A stretch of 64,000 bases of DNA, taken from an uncultured Dehalococcoidales bacterium. GTDB lineage: Bacteria > Chloroflexota > Dehalococcoidia > Dehalococcoidales > E44-bin46. Below the pieces are notes generated by a model. That model was not told where the DNA came from and ran no database searches. It saw only the letters and a list, made by a program, of their open reading frames with translations. The stretch's first letter is position 1; every line of letters starts with the position of its first letter. A program made the position numbers and the translations under genes. Shown here one piece after another: positions 41,516 to 53,123 of this stretch. Location: the NCBI GenBank assembly GCA_964627215.1, contig CAZVIZ010000003.1:14685-78684 (forward strand), read 5' to 3'.

Positions 41516-41740
41516 ATGTCTAAGCACGCTGCCAAACAGCTCCCTAAGCAGGAGCCTGCCCGTTTCGGGCGCTTCGGTGAGGTTATCGCCGAGCTTAGGA
41601 AGGTGGTATGGCTGCCTAAGCAGGAGGCGGCCTATCTCACCGGTATGGTGCTGCTCGTCACTGCCATCTTCGGTGCTATGCTGGGGGGGCTTGATTTCGG
41701 TTTCGCAGAGGCCGTTAGCAAACTGCTGTTGGGTGGATGA
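41516..41740 (+). CDS. secE: Preprotein translocase SecE
   Basis: ELRKVVW.P plus one TM segment; between rpmG and nusG. Confidence 0.92.
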   Translation: MSKHAAKQLPKQEPARFGRFGEVIAELRKVVWLPKQEAAYLTGMVLLVTAIFGAMLGGLDFGFAEAVSKLLLGG

Positions 41741-41809
41741 TGAGGGGCGCTTGGCATTGCGGGCGATTGGACTTTCCTTAACGACTATGTTCCGTTACGG
41801 GGTTAGCTT

Positions 41810-42343
41810 TTGAGCGAACAGGATAATACGTGGTTTGTGGTGCACACCTACTCGGGCCATGAGGAGCGAGTCAGGAAGAACCTGTTGCAGCGCAAGGAGT
41901 ATATGGACTTGGGTGGCGAGATAACCGACGTTGTAATCCCCACCGAGGACGAGATAGAAGTCAAGGATGGGCAGAGGCGGACGGTGGCCAAGAAGATACT
42001 GCCGGGGTATGTGCTCATCCAGATGAACATGAGCGATCGGAGTTGGAGCATAGTTCGCAATACCCCTGGCGTAACCGGCTTTGTGGGCAGTGGCAACAAG
42101 CCCTCGCCGCTGCGCGAAAACGAGGTCAAGCAGATATTGAAGCAAATGGAGGCCGAGACGCCCAGGATGAAGATCGGCTTCCGCGAGGGGCAGAGCGTTA
42201 GGGTTATAGACGGCCCCTTCATAGACTTCATCGGTGTGGTAGACAGCATAAATACGGAGAAGGGTAAGGTACGAGTTATGCTCTCACTATTCGGGCGTGA
42301 GACCCCGGTGGAGCTTGACTTTTTACAAGTGGAGAAGCTATAA
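41810..42343 (+). CDS. nusG: Transcription factor NusG
   Basis: WFVVHTYSGHE, PGYVL, TPGVTGFVG, KOW, FGRETPVEL. Confidence 0.98.
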   Translation: MSEQDNTWFVVHTYSGHEERVRKNLLQRKEYMDLGGEITDVVIPTEDEIEVKDGQRRTVAKKILPGYVLIQMNMSDRSWSIVRNTPGVTGFVGSGNKPSPLRENEVKQILKQMEAETPRMKIGFREGQSVRVIDGPFIDFIGVVDSINTEKGKVRVMLSLFGRETPVELDFLQVEKL

Positions 42344-42361
42344 AGCTTGGGTGGTGAATAA

Positions 42362-42784
42362 ATGGCTAAGAAAGTAAAAGCGGTAATAAAACTACAGATT
42401 CCGGCGGGCAAGGCTAATCCAGCGCCGCCCGTGGGCTCGGCGTTGGGCCAGCATGGTATAAACATCATGGGGTTCTGCAAGGATTTCAATTCCCGCACCT
42501 CCGATAAAGCGGGTTCCGTTATCCCCGTAGTGATCACCGTGTATGAGGACAGGTCGTTCCGCTTCGTCACCAAGACGCCTCTGGCATCGGATATGATTAA
42601 GAAGGCGATAGGCCTGGACAAGGGTGCTAGCGAGGTCGGGCGTGAGGTGGTGGGCAAGATACCACGGGACAAGCTTCGCCAGATAGCCGAGGCCAAGGCC
42701 AAGGACCTCAACGCCACCACCATAGAGGCGGCGGAGAGGATTATAGAGGGCACCGCCCGCAGTATGGGGGTGGAGGTAGAGTAA
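42362..42784 (+). CDS. rplK: 50S ribosomal protein L11
   Basis: [24 protein letters not shown]. Confidence 0.98.
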   Translation: MAKKVKAVIKLQIPAGKANPAPPVGSALGQHGINIMGFCKDFNSRTSDKAGSVIPVVITVYEDRSFRFVTKTPLASDMIKKAIGLDKGASEVGREVVGKIPRDKLRQIAEAKAKDLNATTIEAAERIIEGTARSMGVEVE

Positions 42785-42786
42785 AA

Positions 42787-43500
42787 ATGACACGACACGG
42801 TAAGAATTACGCCAAGGCATTGGATACCCTGGAGAAGGACAAGCTCCACACGCCGGAGGAGGCGATCGCCCTCATTAAGCAGATGGCTTATGCCAAGTTC
42901 GACGAGACGGTGGAGCTTCATCTGCGCATGGATGTGGATCCCCGCAATGCTGCCCAACAGGTGCGCGGCGTGGCACTGCTACCCCACGGCTTGGGTAAGA
43001 AGACGCGCATACTGGTCTTCGCTGAGGGCGAGGCCGAGAAGATAGCCAAAGAGGCCGGTGCGGACTACGTAGGTGGGGACGAACTGATAAAGAAGATAGA
43101 GGGCGGTTGGCTGGATTTCGACACCACCATCGCCACCCGCGATATGATGGGCAAGGTGGGCAAGCTGGGCAAGATACTGGGACGCCGTGGCCTTATGCCT
43201 AACCCCAAGGTAGGCACGGTTGTGGCCGCCGAGGACCTGCCGCGTGCCATAGAGGACGCCGGCAAGGGTCGGGTGGAGTTTAAGCTGGACCGCACCGCAA
43301 TAATACACATAGTGTTGGGCAAGGTGAGCTTTGAGGAAGACAAGCTGATGGGGAACCTCACCACCATGATAGATGCCCTGATGAAGGCCAAGCCCGCAGC
43401 GCTCAAGGGGCAGTATATCAGGACGGCCACGCTGTCCTCTACCATGGGGCCGGGGGTGGCTCTTGACCTTAAACCCACGCTTGCGCTATCATCTAGCTGA
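42787..43500 (+). CDS. rplA: 50S ribosomal protein L1
   Basis: KFDETVE, LPHGLGK, GLMPNPK, SSTMGPG. Confidence 0.98.
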   Translation: MTRHGKNYAKALDTLEKDKLHTPEEAIALIKQMAYAKFDETVELHLRMDVDPRNAAQQVRGVALLPHGLGKKTRILVFAEGEAEKIAKEAGADYVGGDELIKKIEGGWLDFDTTIATRDMMGKVGKLGKILGRRGLMPNPKVGTVVAAEDLPRAIEDAGKGRVEFKLDRTAIIHIVLGKVSFEEDKLMGNLTTMIDALMKAKPAALKGQYIRTATLSSTMGPGVALDLKPTLALSSS

Positions 43501-43511
43501 TATCTTTAACA

Positions 43512-43652
43512 ACTGAATATTTTTCCCAAGATAGTGGGTGCCCCTTTAAGGGGCTTAAACTTGTGAAGTCGCCTGCCGAGGAATCTTAAAAATAGCGAGG
43601 CTACGCCCCCGCTTATGGTCCTTGCGCTATAGGCGCTGGGGCCTTAATTTTT
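43512..43652 (+). promoter_or_regulatory. L10 leader (r-protein autoregulatory RNA) with downstream terminator-like hairpin
   Basis: CCAAGATAGTGGGTG..GCTTAA..CCTGCCGAGG pattern upstream of rplJ; hairpin GGTCCTTGCGC/GCGCTGGGGCC then TTAATTTTT. Confidence 0.75.
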
Positions 43653-43688
43653 GTCATAAGGGGCTTTATCGGGATAAGGAGGATTTAT

Positions 43689-44213
43689 ATGTCTAGAGAG
43701 AAGAAGGCGGAGCAGATAGCCGAGCTTAAGGATACTATCCTTAAGTGTAGTGTGGGTATACTCACTGACTACCGCGGACTCTCCGCGGCGGATATAACCA
43801 CCCTCAGGCGCCGCTTGGGGGACGCGGGCGTGGAATATAAGGTGGTCAAGAACACCTTAGCCCGTTTCGCCGCCGAGGAGGCCAGCCGCGGCGATCTGGC
43901 GCCGTCCTTCGTAGGGCCGGTAGCCGTGGCCTTCGGCTACGGGGATGTGATTGAGCCTGCCAAGGTCATCGCCAAGTTCGCCGCAGATATGCGGCTTGAG
44001 GTCGCCGTAAAGGGCGGCTTCCTGCCGGAGCGGATGCTCACCGCAGCGGATGTCAAAGCCCTGGCCAAGATGCCGCCCAGGGAAGTCCTGCTGGCCATGG
44101 TTGTGGGCGGTATCAACAGTCCCCTAACACGCTTGGCAGGTTGCCTTAACGCCCCCATATCTGGGCTCGCCAGGGTCCTGGGGGCTAGAATTAAACAACT
44201 GGAGGAAGCATAA
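43689..44213 (+). CDS. rplJ: 50S ribosomal protein L10
   Basis: DYRGL, VVKNTL, GPVAVAF, PPREVLL. Confidence 0.97.
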   Translation: MSREKKAEQIAELKDTILKCSVGILTDYRGLSAADITTLRRRLGDAGVEYKVVKNTLARFAAEEASRGDLAPSFVGPVAVAFGYGDVIEPAKVIAKFAADMRLEVAVKGGFLPERMLTAADVKALAKMPPREVLLAMVVGGINSPLTRLAGCLNAPISGLARVLGARIKQLEEA

Positions 44214-44215
44214 AA

Positions 44216-44722
44216 ATGGCGGAAAAAGAGGAGAAGAAGGTAGAGGAGGCCGCGGAGGAGAAAGCCCCTGCTAAGGCGGAGGAGAAAGCTCCGGCTAAGG
44301 AAGAGAAGAAGGCGCCGGCCAAGAAGGCCAAGAAGGCTGAGTCGGCCGATATAGGCTCCATTATGGAAGCCATAAAAACTATGAGCGTCTTGGAGCTATC
44401 GGAGTTGGTGAAGGCCCTGGAGGAGGAGTTCGGCGTGAGCGCCGCCGCCCCGATGATGGCCGCGCCGGTCGCTGCTGCTGAGGGTGCCGCCGCTGCCGAT
44501 GATGAGGAGAAGACGGAGTTTGACGTCATCCTCAAGGATGCCGGCTCCAACCGCATCGCCGTAATCAGGGCGGTGAGGGAGCTTACCAACCTGGGGCTTA
44601 AGGAGTCCAAGGATCTAGTGGAGGGTGCCCCCAAGCCGATTAAGGAGGCGGTGAACAAGGAAGAGGCCGCTGGCGCCAAGCAGAAACTGGAGGAGGCTGG
44701 AGCCACCGTAGAGGTCAAGTAA
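44216..44722 (+). CDS. rplL: 50S ribosomal protein L7/L12 with about 40-aa N-terminal extension
   Basis: [42 protein letters not shown]. Confidence 0.97.
   Translation: MAEKEEKKVEEAAEEKAPAKAEEKAPAKEEKKAPAKKAKKAESADIGSIMEAIKTMSVLELSELVKALEEEFGVSAAAPMMAAPVAAAEGAAAADDEEKTEFDVILKDAGSNRIAVIRAVRELTNLGLKESKDLVEGAPKPIKEAVNKEEAAGAKQKLEEAGATVEVK
44252..44323 (+). repeat. 3 x 24-nt coding tandem repeat ([12 protein letters not shown])
   Basis: gcggaggagaaagcccctgctaag / gcggaggagaaagctccggctaag / gaagagaagaaggcgccggccaag. Confidence 0.85.
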
Positions 44723-44806
44723 GGACTTCCCCCCAAATTAGAGTTTGAAAATAACGTCGGCGGCGGTTATAATTTTAGTAAGAACCGCTGCCGACGAGGT
44801 ATTTAG

Positions 44807-45061
44807 ATGACTCCTGACACCTTCATTATGATGGTTATGGGTGGGGCCTTTATAGGGGTGGGTATAGGCGTGCTCTCCTGGGCGAAGAAGTCGGAGAAGT
44901 CCTACTATGATGGCCTGGTCACTCACCATGACCTCAGGGAGTTTGTGGAGCGCTCTCCAGAACAGCCCACCCACGCCTCGCATAAGCTAGGCGGCTGGAT
45001 AACCCTCATCGTGGGCATCGTGCTCTTGGGCATGGGTGGTGGCTTCAGGTTGATGGGTTAA
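44807..45061 (+). CDS. Small two-TM hypothetical membrane protein
   Basis: SD GAGGT; two hydrophobic segments around a polar loop. Confidence 0.75.
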   Translation: MTPDTFIMMVMGGAFIGVGIGVLSWAKKSEKSYYDGLVTHHDLREFVERSPEQPTHASHKLGGWITLIVGIVLLGMGGGFRLMG

Positions 45062-45072
45062 GCGGACGCCGT

Positions 45073-45330
45073 CTAGCTCCGTCCGTACTTGATCTTGGCA
45101 TATATCAGCGCTATGGCAGACCCGATGCTCACCCCGTTCCACAGGATAACCGGCCTTAGATTCAAGACCAGGCCGTAGCTCAGCCAGAACGCAAGCCCGA
45201 CGAGCAGCAGGATGGTGAAGTGCAGGCTGATATCGCGGGCGCTCCTCCTCTTGAACACGCGGTAGATCTGTGGGAGTAGGCTGACGGTTACCAGCGCCCC
45301 GCCGACGAAACCTATGATCTCTGCTGACAA
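45073..45330 (-). CDS. SemiSWEET/PQ-loop transporter
   Basis: SLLPQ, ARDIS, WLSYG, PVILWN; three TMs. Confidence 0.9.
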   Translation of the reverse strand: MSAEIIGFVGGALVTVSLLPQIYRVFKRRSARDISLHFTILLLVGLAFWLSYGLVLNLRPVILWNGVSIGSAIALIYAKIKYGRS

Positions 45331-45450
45331 CTTATCAATTCTCCTTGTCTATTTCAGTATCCGCCACGGCCTATGTTGCCGTCCGTTTACACTGTCTGCC
45401 TGGGCCCCTTGATACCTGTTTAAATCTCCTATCCCGACCTATGTGTTCGT

Positions 45451-46971
45451 TTATAGTGTCTGCCTGGGCCTATACTGGATGGCCTCAGCGGCGTGGTGCG
45501 CCTTTATGGCCTCCGCCCCCTCCAGGTCGGCGATGGTGCGTGCCAGCTTTAAGATGCGGTGGTAGGCTCGCGCCGAGAGGTGGAGCTTGTTCATGGCGGC
45601 CTTTATAAGGCCCTGTGCCGCGTCGTCTCCACGGCAGAAGCCTCTTATCTCGGCTGGGGTCATATCTGCGTTAGAGGCGGACACCCCGTCGTCGAATCTC
45701 CTTTTCTGTATGGAACGAGCGGCCTCCACCCTGTCCCTCACGCTCGCGGCGCCCTCTCCTAATCGGTTGTCGGACAGCTTGTCGTATTCTATATGCGGCA
45801 CTTCTATAAAGATGTCCACCCTGTCCAGGAATGGCCCGCTGATGCGCTTCTGGTAACGGCTCACCAGCCCCGATGAGCAGGTACACTGACGAAAAGGGTC
45901 GCCGTAGAAACCGCAGGGGCAGGGGTTCATCGCCCCCGCCAGTATGAAGTTAGCCGGGAAGGTAACGCTGCCCTGGGCGCGGCTGATGGTGACTACCTTG
46001 TCCTCAAGCGGCTGCCTGAGCACCTCCAGAACGGAATGGCCGAACTCGGGCATCTCGTCCAGGAACAGCACCCCGCGGTGGCTCAGGGTTATCTCCCCCG
46101 GCCGAGGGAAGCGCCCTCCGCCCACCAGCCCCGCCGTGGATATGGTGTAGTGCGGGGAGCGGAAAGGCCTCTGCCGAATCATGGGGGTATCGGGGGGTAA
46201 GAGGCCGCTGACGCTGTATATCTTGGTAACCTCCAGGGACTCCGATGTCGTCATAGAGGGCAGTATGGAGGGCAGGGCGCGCGCCAGCATGGTCTTGCCG
46301 CTTCCGGGCGGGCCCATCATTACGATGTTGTGCCCCCCCGCCGCCGCCACCTCCAGCGCCCTCTTAACGTGCTCCTGGCCCTTGATGTGGGCTATATCGG
46401 TGGTCTGGGCCTCCACGGGGCTGTATTCATCGTCCTGGGGTGGCTCGGGGTGGGGTGGGGGTATCTCCCCCTTCAGGTAGGCCGCCAGCTGGGTGAGCGA
46501 ATCCACGGGTATTATCTGGGCGCCCTCTATCAGTGCCGCCTCCCTGGAGTCCACACGGGGCACGACGATGGTGTCGTAGCCCTCCTTTTGTGCCAGCGCG
46601 GCCATGGGCAGTATGCCGCTGGTGTGCCTTAAACCCCCGTCCAGGGAAAGCTCTCCCAGGAACACCGTCCCTGCTGTTACGGCGTCCAGCTGTCCGGAGC
46701 TTAGCAGTATGCCCACCGCTATGGGCATATCGTAGGCCGGCCCCGCTTTTTTGAGGTCGGCGGGGGCCAGGTTAACCACTATGCGCTTTAAGGGAAAGGT
46801 GTAGCCGCAGTTCTTTATGGCTGCCCTCACCCGCTCCCTGGCCTCCTGGACGGCGGCGTCGGGCAGCCCCACGATGGTGAACGCGGGCAGGCCCGGGGAG
46901 ATATCCACCTCCACCTCCACCATGGCACCTTCCAGCCCCACCACGGCGCAGCTTATCACCTTGGCTAACAT
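45451..46971 (-). CDS. comM: YifB/ComM Mg-chelatase-like AAA+ ATPase
   Basis: [47 protein letters not shown]. Confidence 0.93.
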   Translation of the reverse strand: MLAKVISCAVVGLEGAMVEVEVDISPGLPAFTIVGLPDAAVQEARERVRAAIKNCGYTFPLKRIVVNLAPADLKKAGPAYDMPIAVGILLSSGQLDAVTAGTVFLGELSLDGGLRHTSGILPMAALAQKEGYDTIVVPRVDSREAALIEGAQIIPVDSLTQLAAYLKGEIPPPHPEPPQDDEYSPVEAQTTDIAHIKGQEHVKRALEVAAAGGHNIVMMGPPGSGKTMLARALPSILPSMTTSESLEVTKIYSVSGLLPPDTPMIRQRPFRSPHYTISTAGLVGGGRFPRPGEITLSHRGVLFLDEMPEFGHSVLEVLRQPLEDKVVTISRAQGSVTFPANFILAGAMNPCPCGFYGDPFRQCTCSSGLVSRYQKRISGPFLDRVDIFIEVPHIEYDKLSDNRLGEGAASVRDRVEAARSIQKRRFDDGVSASNADMTPAEIRGFCRGDDAAQGLIKAAMNKLHLSARAYHRILKLARTIADLEGAEAIKAHHAAEAIQYRPRQTL

Positions 46972-47074
46972 ATGGAATATGTTACTCGCTGGGCTTTATG
47001 ACTGTCAACGCGCGCACCCGAGTTGTTGTCCCCCAGACGCAGGTGCTAGAATTGGCGTGCGAGGGGAGGTGGGC

Positions 47075-49927
47075 ATGTCGCTTGGGTCCATAGTGGTCAA
47101 GGGTGCTCGTGAGCACAACCTGAAAAACATAGACGTCACCATACCCCGCGATAGGCTGGTGGTCATCACCGGCGTGTCGGGTTCGGGCAAGAGCTCACTC
47201 GCGTTCGATACCATCTACGCCGAGGGGCAGCGCCGCTATGTGGAGTCACTCTCGGCCTACGCGCGCCAGTTCCTGGGCCGTATGGAGAAGCCGGATGTGG
47301 ACTACATAGAGGGCCTCAGCCCGGCCATCTCCATAGACCAGAAGGGGCCAGGTCGCAACCCCCGCTCCACGGTGGGCACGGTTACGGAGATATACGACTA
47401 CCTCAGGCTGCTGTTTGCCCGCGTGGGGCATCCCCACTGCCCCCAGTGCGGGCGGGAGATAGCAATGCAGACGGTGGAGCAGATTGTGGACGCCGTCTCC
47501 GCGCTCCCAGAGGGTAGCCGCATAATGATACTGGCGCCGCTTATACGGGGCCGCAAGGGTGAGCACCAGGCGGTCTTTGATGACCTTACAAAGGCTGGAT
47601 ACGTGCGGGTGCGCCTGGACGGGCGCATCTACGACCTCGCCGAGGGCTTCTCCCTGGACAAGAACAAGAAGCATACGATAGAGGCGGTTGTGGATAGGCT
47701 GGTGATAGGGCGAGGCGGCGGCGACAGGCTGGCCGATTCCGTGGAGACGGCCTTGAAGCTGGGGGCGGGGGTGGTGCTGGTGTCCATAGAGGGCGGCGAG
47801 GAGCTTCTGTTCTCAGAGCACTTCGCCTGCGTCCACTGCGGCGTAAGCCTGGGGGAGATAGCCCCCCGCACCTTCAGCTTCAACTCCCCCCACGGCGCCT
47901 GCCCGGTCTGCACCGGCCTGGGGGTGAGGATGGAGATAGACCCCGACCTGGTAATACCCGATAGGAGCCTCTCCATCTATGAGGGCGCCATACGCCCGTG
48001 GCAGTTCCACACCTGGTACATGGGACGGGTGGAGTCCCTGGCCAGCCAGAACGGCTTCTCCGTGCACACGCCTATAAAGGACCTCACCCCCAAACAGCTG
48101 GATCTGCTGCTCTATGGGGAGGGTGGGGAGACACGCTTCAAGCGCAACCGCTTTGGGCAAGTGAGGGAGTACACGGTCGGCTTCGAGGGGGTTGTCCCCG
48201 CAATGGAGCGCATATACCGCAACACGGAGTCGGAGCACTCCCGCCTCAACACAGAGCGCTATATGGTGTCCCGTCCCTGCCCCCAGTGCGAGGGCAAGCG
48301 CCTCAAGCCGGAGGCGCTATCGGTAACCATTGGCGGCATGAATGTAATGGACATAAGCGCCATGTCCGTGGTTCAGGCGCTGGGGTGGGTAAGGGCGCTT
48401 GCCGCCCCCCGCAAGACCGAGCTCAGCCAGCGTGAGGGCATGATCGCCCGCGAGATATTAAAGGAGATAGCGTCGCGCTTGGGCTTCCTGGAGGCGGTGG
48501 GGTTGGACTACCTCACCCTTGGGCGCACCTCGGCCACCCTTTCGGGGGGGGAGGCGCAGCGCATCCGCCTGGCCACCCAGATAGGCAGCGGCCTGCAGGG
48601 CGTCCTCTATGTTTGTGACGAGCCCACGGTGGGTCTGCACCCCGCCGACGACCAGCGCCTTATAGATACGCTTAAACGCCTCAAAGGCCTGGGCAACACC
48701 ATACTGGTTGTGGAGCACGACGAGGCCATGATGCGCGCCGCCGACCACATAATAGATATGGGGCCCGGCGCCGGTGCGCATGGGGGGCGCATCGTGGCAG
48801 CGGGCACGCTTGAGGACATAGTCGGCTGTGAGCGCTCCTCCACCGGGCGATATTTAAGCGGGAAGCAGGCCATACCTCTCCCCACCCGCCGCCGCCCTGG
48901 CTCCGGGGGCAAGCTGATGATACGCGGCGCCAGGGAGAACAACCTCAAAAATATAGACGTCAACATACCATTGGGAGAGTTCGTCTGCGTCACGGGCGTC
49001 TCCGGCAGCGGCAAGAGCACGCTTGTAAACGATATACTTTATAGATACCTGGCACAGCGCCTATATAGGGCGCGGGGGAGGGTGGGCCATTGTGACGGCA
49101 TAGATGGTATAGAGTTTATAGATAAGGTCATAAATATAGACCAGTCTCCCATAGGGCGCACCCCTCGCTCCAACCCCGCTACCTACACCGGCGTGTTCAC
49201 CGCCATAAGGCAGCTCTTCGCCACCGTGCCAGAGGCCAGGATGCGGGGCTACGCCCCGGGGCGGTTCTCCTTCAACGTCAAAGGGGGGCGTTGCGAGGCC
49301 TGCCGTGGTGAGGGCTATACCCAGATTGAGATGCAGTTCCTCCCCGACGTAACCGTCCCCTGCGAGGTGTGTAAGGGCAGGCGCTACAACCGCGAGGCGC
49401 TGGAGATAAGGTTCAAGGGCAAGAACATCGCCGAGGTGCTGGATATGACCGTGGAGCAGTCCCTGGACTTCTTTAAGAACCTCCCTGCCGTTAAGCGCAA
49501 GATGGAAACCCTGAACGACGTTGGGTTGGGCTATATACACCTGGGCCAGCCGGCGCCTACCCTTTCAGGGGGTGAGGCTCAGCGGGTCAAGCTGGCCACC
49601 GAACTCTCCAAGCGGGCCACGGGGCAGACGCTCTATATCCTGGATGAGCCTACTACCGGCCTGGCCTTTGCCGACGTGGACGCCCTTTTAGGGGTGCTGC
49701 AGCGCCTGGTGGATGCCGGCAACACGGTGGTTGTCATAGAACACCACCTGGACGTGATAAAGAATGCCGACTGGGTGATAGACCTGGGGCCGGGGGCGGG
49801 GGAGAAGGGTGGTGGGGTGGTGGCCGCCGGCACCCCGGAGGACATAGCGGCGCGGAGGCCATCTGTAACGGGGCGTTATTTGAGTAAAGCGCTCGGTAGG
49901 AGTATGCTTGAAGTGAGTGAGGGCTGA
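47075..49927 (+). CDS. uvrA: Excinuclease ABC subunit A
   Basis: GAREHNLKN, two GVSGSGKS, two LSGGEAQR, Zn fingers; ATG 47075 after GGAGGT. Confidence 0.98.
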   Translation: MSLGSIVVKGAREHNLKNIDVTIPRDRLVVITGVSGSGKSSLAFDTIYAEGQRRYVESLSAYARQFLGRMEKPDVDYIEGLSPAISIDQKGPGRNPRSTVGTVTEIYDYLRLLFARVGHPHCPQCGREIAMQTVEQIVDAVSALPEGSRIMILAPLIRGRKGEHQAVFDDLTKAGYVRVRLDGRIYDLAEGFSLDKNKKHTIEAVVDRLVIGRGGGDRLADSVETALKLGAGVVLVSIEGGEELLFSEHFACVHCGVSLGEIAPRTFSFNSPHGACPVCTGLGVRMEIDPDLVIPDRSLSIYEGAIRPWQFHTWYMGRVESLASQNGFSVHTPIKDLTPKQLDLLLYGEGGETRFKRNRFGQVREYTVGFEGVVPAMERIYRNTESEHSRLNTERYMVSRPCPQCEGKRLKPEALSVTIGGMNVMDISAMSVVQALGWVRALAAPRKTELSQREGMIAREILKEIASRLGFLEAVGLDYLTLGRTSATLSGGEAQRIRLATQIGSGLQGVLYVCDEPTVGLHPADDQRLIDTLKRLKGLGNTILVVEHDEAMMRAADHIIDMGPGAGAHGGRIVAAGTLEDIVGCERSSTGRYLSGKQAIPLPTRRRPGSGGKLMIRGARENNLKNIDVNIPLGEFVCVTGVSGSGKSTLVNDILYRYLAQRLYRARGRVGHCDGIDGIEFIDKVINIDQSPIGRTPRSNPATYTGVFTAIRQLFATVPEARMRGYAPGRFSFNVKGGRCEACRGEGYTQIEMQFLPDVTVPCEVCKGRRYNREALEIRFKGKNIAEVLDMTVEQSLDFFKNLPAVKRKMETLNDVGLGYIHLGQPAPTLSGGEAQRVKLATELSKRATGQTLYILDEPTTGLAFADVDALLGVLQRLVDAGNTVVVIEHHLDVIKNADWVIDLGPGAGEKGGGVVAAGTPEDIAARRPSVTGRYLSKALGRSMLEVSEG

Positions 49928-49959
49928 TGTATCCCCCATCGGTATAGAGGAGGCGGCCT

Positions 49960-50511
49960 ATGAATCGCGAAGAGGCGCTTGAAGCGATAAAAGAGAACAT
50001 AGAGAACGCAAACCTCGTAAAGCACATGCTGGCCACCGAGGCCGTCATGCGGGCGCTGGCCCGCCGCCTGGGGGAGGATGAGGAGGAGTGGGGTCTCACA
50101 GGCCTTTTACACGACATAGATATAGACCTCACCCAGGCCGATATGCACATCCACGGCAAGCTGGGCGCGGACCTGGTTGGGGAGATGGGTGGAAGCCATG
50201 CCATGGCCCATGCCATACTGGCGCATAATCCCGCCCACGGCGCGGAGCGAACCTCCCTCTTGGATAAGGCCCTATACTGCGCCGACCCCCTTACGGGTCT
50301 CATAACAGCCGCAGCGCTTATAATGCCTGATAAGAGACTTGACGCTTTGGAGGCCAAGTCCGTGCGCAAGCGCTTAAAGGAGGAGCGCTTCGCCCCCGGC
50401 GCCGACAGGGAGCAGATAGCCTCCTCAAGCGAGCTGGATATACCACTGGACGAGTTCATAGAGCTGGGGCTTAATGCCATGAAGGTCATCTCCGCCGACC
50501 TGGGTCTCTAA
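49960..50511 (+). CDS. HDIG/HD-domain metal-dependent phosphohydrolase
   Basis: KHMLATE, GLLHDID, AILAH, DPLTGLI. Confidence 0.9.
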   Translation: MNREEALEAIKENIENANLVKHMLATEAVMRALARRLGEDEEEWGLTGLLHDIDIDLTQADMHIHGKLGADLVGEMGGSHAMAHAILAHNPAHGAERTSLLDKALYCADPLTGLITAAALIMPDKRLDALEAKSVRKRLKEERFAPGADREQIASSSELDIPLDEFIELGLNAMKVISADLGL

Positions 50512-50541
50512 AGGGCCGCATTCAGCGCCTCTTTTTCGGGT

Positions 50542-53112
50542 TCAACTTATATAGAGGGTAGAGCCTTGAGCTGTTTTTTCCACGTTTATGCGGGTGGGGA
50601 ATGCGTCCTTTAGCTCCTCTATATGGGTGATGACCAGTATCTTCACAAAGTCGTCCTGGATGGAGTTTATGGCCTCCTTGAGCTTCTCTATGCCGGCGGC
50701 GTCCTGTGTGCCGAAGCCCTCGTCTATGATGAGGGTGGGCAGCGGCGCCCCCGCCCTGCGGGCGAGCAGGCGGGATAGCGCGATGCGGACGGCGAAGTTT
50801 ATACGGAAGGCCTCCCCGCCGCTGAACATCTCGTAGTTCCTCGTGCCCAGCTCGTCGGAGATGTTTATATCCAGGGTTTCGGCCACGTCTCCCTTCTTGG
50901 TGAGTTTCTGCGTCTCCATCTTGAGGTGCATGCGGTTATCGGTCATGCGCCCAAGCAGGCGGTTAGCCTCGTCCTCTATCTCCGGAAGCGCCCTCTCTAT
51001 GATGAGCGCCTGTATGCCCTTCTTGCCGAAGGCCGCGGCCAGGTCCCTATACACACCCTCTAGTTCAGCGGCCTGGGTCATAAGCTTGCCCTTCTCCTTC
51101 CGCCTAGCCTCAACCTCCTTTATTTGCGCAAGCCTTGCCTTCGCCTGTGCCACCGCCTCTCGCCCCGCTCTCTGGCGCTCCGCCGCGCGCTGGTATTCCT
51201 CCTCCGCCCGGGCCAGGTTTTCCTTAATCCCCTCCAGGGCGGTGAGCTTAGCGGCCAGCACCTCCTGCTCATGGCGCTCGGTCGCTAAGGCTTCAGACAG
51301 CTCTCGTGCCGCCTCCCCGGCGCGTTTTGCCCCCGTTCTCTCCTCCCCTATAAGCCTCTCTGCATCGGCGAGATTGCGGTGGAGTTCATCATACCTCTCG
51401 AATTGCTGGAGGCTTTTTCGCGCCGCATCGTGGGCTGTTGGGTCGTATTCTATGCCGTTAAGCTCTGCCTCCACCCTGCCCAGTGCCTCCGCCTCCCCCG
51501 GGGCGTAGTCTCCCTTGGCCAGTCGCTCCTCTATGTCGGCGAGGGCCTTCTTCTCCTCCTCTAAGGTGGCTCTCGCCGCCTCGGCATCGGCTATGTCTTT
51601 GTTAAAGGCCGCAATCTTAACCTTGGCGGCGTCCGTAAGCTCTACTTGCTCGGCCTCCTTGAGGCGGAGGTCTTCCTCAAGGCGGGCGGCCTCCTTCTCC
51701 GCCTGCTGCTTCTCGGCGCGGGCATCGGTGAGCGCTTGGCGATATAATCCCAGCTCTTCCTCGTATTTAGACCGAATAAGCTCTAGGCCATCCTCCTTAA
51801 GCTCGCTCTCGCACAGGGGGCACTTATCCCCACCCCCCGTCTTAAGCATCTCCACCTTCTCCCCTGTCTCCTCTATCCGACTTTTAACCTGGGCTATGGA
51901 CGCTTCCAGCCTGTTTACCTGGTAGCGTGCCTGGTTCAGCCCCTCCCTGGCTTGGTTGAGCTGTTTCTGCCCGCCGGTGAGCTGCTCCAGATTGGCCTGG
52001 GACTTTTTGCGTTCCGTCTTAAGCTCGGCGAGATGCCCCACCTGCCTATCAAGCTGACTTATGCGCGTCATTGTGGCGGCGTGCTCATTCTTAAGCGCTC
52101 CCGCTGCCTGGGTGAGGTGCATTTCCAGCTCGTGCTTGCGTTCCCCTAAACGGCTTGTAAGCCTCAACTTGGCATCCATATCGGCGGCGAGCCCCTTCGC
52201 CTCCGCGAAGCGTGCGTAGCCTTGGGTGATATCGTCCTTCTTTGTGATAAGCCCCTCGTATTCGGCTATGCGGATATGGTGGTGCTTGTTAAGCTCTTCC
52301 CAGCGCGCCATGTCTCGCTCTGCCTTGGCAGTGCGCTCTTTAAGCTCCTTAACTCGCTGTGCCTTGTGCCTCAACTCATCCGCCTCTCCCTTAAGGCGCG
52401 TAAGCTCACGCTCGCTCCCCTCGGCCTCCTTATCCGCCCTGGCCAGGCCTTCCTCGGCGCTTTTAAGCTCCTCCTGGCGGGACTCCTTCTGGGCAAGCTC
52501 CTCGTCCATTTCTTTTAAGGAGGCCGCAAGTGCCGCCTCCTCTGCTGCCTGACCTCCTGCCATCTCCTTGGCGCGGGCCTCCAGGGCTTCGTAGACATCA
52601 AGCTCCAGTATGCTGCCCAGCACCTCCTTGCGCTTAGAGGGATTGGCGGTGGTGAACTCGTCGGCGTGGCCCTGGCGCAGGAAGGCACTGTTTATAAAGG
52701 TGGCATAGTCCATGTGGAGAAGGTCTATGATCCTCTGCTGGGTTGAGGCTATGGTATCGGCGGAGATGGTCTTGAAGCCCTCATCGTCCTTGATGAGCAG
52801 GTCCAGGCTGCTCTGGCCGGAGCGCCCTGCCTTCTTGGGTCCGGAGTGCTTTCTTACGATACGGTAGGTGTGTCCCCCCGCCCCGAAGTCGAATTCCACC
52901 CCTACCTCAGCACTACCCTGGTGGATAAGGCTGTCGTCGCTCTTGGCCCTGGTCTTGCCCCACAACGCCCAGGTGACGGCGTCAATGAGGGCCGATTTGC
53001 CGTTGCCGTTGCCTCCGCAGATACAGGCGGTATGTATGCCGTTGAACTCAAGCGGGGGCACGTCGCCGGCATAGCACATAAAGTTACGCAGGCTGAGCTT
53101 TATTGGAATCAT
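50542..53112 (-). CDS. sbcC: SbcC/Rad50-family SMC ATPase
   Basis: Walker A GGNGNGKS, Q-loop, coiled coil with Zn-hook CPLC, FSGGE, IIDEGFG, ITH. Confidence 0.92.
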   Translation of the reverse strand: MIPIKLSLRNFMCYAGDVPPLEFNGIHTACICGGNGNGKSALIDAVTWALWGKTRAKSDDSLIHQGSAEVGVEFDFGAGGHTYRIVRKHSGPKKAGRSGQSSLDLLIKDDEGFKTISADTIASTQQRIIDLLHMDYATFINSAFLRQGHADEFTTANPSKRKEVLGSILELDVYEALEARAKEMAGGQAAEEAALAASLKEMDEELAQKESRQEELKSAEEGLARADKEAEGSERELTRLKGEADELRHKAQRVKELKERTAKAERDMARWEELNKHHHIRIAEYEGLITKKDDITQGYARFAEAKGLAADMDAKLRLTSRLGERKHELEMHLTQAAGALKNEHAATMTRISQLDRQVGHLAELKTERKKSQANLEQLTGGQKQLNQAREGLNQARYQVNRLEASIAQVKSRIEETGEKVEMLKTGGGDKCPLCESELKEDGLELIRSKYEEELGLYRQALTDARAEKQQAEKEAARLEEDLRLKEAEQVELTDAAKVKIAAFNKDIADAEAARATLEEEKKALADIEERLAKGDYAPGEAEALGRVEAELNGIEYDPTAHDAARKSLQQFERYDELHRNLADAERLIGEERTGAKRAGEAARELSEALATERHEQEVLAAKLTALEGIKENLARAEEEYQRAAERQRAGREAVAQAKARLAQIKEVEARRKEKGKLMTQAAELEGVYRDLAAAFGKKGIQALIIERALPEIEDEANRLLGRMTDNRMHLKMETQKLTKKGDVAETLDINISDELGTRNYEMFSGGEAFRINFAVRIALSRLLARRAGAPLPTLIIDEGFGTQDAAGIEKLKEAINSIQDDFVKILVITHIEELKDAFPTRINVEKTAQGSTLYIS

Positions 53113-53123
53113 TTGCGGCTATT

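Noticed and set aside
41848..42957. 369-aa minus-strand ORF
   Set aside because: Antisense shadow of nusG-rplK-rplA with no motifs; such shadows (also 7883-8680, 11827-12765, 14012-14926) are common at this GC content
46817..47074. 86-aa N-terminal extension of UvrA in the ORF track
   Set aside because: Overlaps comM antisense; SD and homology support ATG 47075
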